Shown here: positions 63,431-64,000 of the stretch, in pieces | Layout of the letters: every line of letters starts with the position of its first letter | Numbering within the stretch: the first letter of the stretch is position 1 | From: Mobula hypostoma | Taxonomy: Eukaryota | Length of the DNA stretch: 64,000 bases | Direction: 5' to 3' | Assembly (NCBI RefSeq): GCF_963921235.1 | Contig: NC_086097.1 | Location: 119,042,001-119,106,000 of the forward strand | Notes under the pieces: model-generated | Told to the model about the DNA's origin: nothing | The model's database searches: none | Seen by the model: only the letters and a program-made list of their open reading frames with translations | Translations under genes and position numbers: made by a program

Positions 63431-64000
63431 CTATGCAACAGCGCTGTCCCATCTTAAGTCCTAAGTGCCTTACTAGCTGCCTTCACCCAAGCAAGTACAC
63501 ATTAACCAATCACTACAGAGACATGTGCCTTCCTAATGATGGAAAACCTTTGGTGTGTGTGGAGATGCTTCAAGATGTCATTTTCCACAAGATACCTGTC
63601 CTCTTAACAGCTCTTGTATTTACTGCATTCGTGTGGCCAGCAAGTTGAGCTGCTAGTTAGTGGTGACCCATTATGTTGATAGAGTGGAACTCAGCAAAGC
63701 TAATGATAGAAAATTTTAAAGGGTAGGTGGTTTCAAACTCGCTTGTCGAAGATGATTGTTGCCTCACACTTTTGTAGGATGAATATAACCTGCTGTTTAT
63801 TAGTCAATATCTGGACTTTGTCCCATACTTGCTGCATGAGAGAGTTGGTAGGTTCATAATCCTAGGTGTTAGCATTTTGAGTGACCTGCCCTGGGCAAGA
63901 AGTAATTATAGATAATACATAGACATAATCATTAAGAAGGCTGCCATCTACTTTCTTAGAAGCTTAAGGAGATTTGGCATGTCTCCAAACAGTACCCAGA

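Overview
Repeat-dense vertebrate genomic DNA. The mix of HE1/V-SINEs, CR1, Rex1, L1/Tx1 and Penelope-like elements (PLE) suggests a cartilaginous fish (inference). I can support no intact host protein-coding gene; the long ORFs I could assign are transposon-derived, and the rest look like low-complexity or chance ORFs. Highlights: (1) a 560-bp non-coding retroelement (31087-31646, 12-bp TSD) whose first nucleotide starts a complete HDV-like ribozyme fold with an atypical insertion in L3; (2) a very young 4.6-kb head-to-head PLE palindrome (23881-28509) with 2097-bp arms, hammerhead motifs, a 37-nt unpaired tail and one 14-bp TSD, plus two older insertions of the same design, one of which captured a Tc1 fragment; (3) a pre-rRNA (ITS2-28S)/retroelement chimera with a 9-bp TSD; (4) a twin-primed, 5'-inverted L1; (5) nested BEL, Gypsy, Chapaev3-like, hAT and Tc1/pogo relics; (6) a possible spliced non-coding transcript on the minus strand. 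TSD and ribozyme coordinates were read base by base; boundaries of old repeats are approximate.
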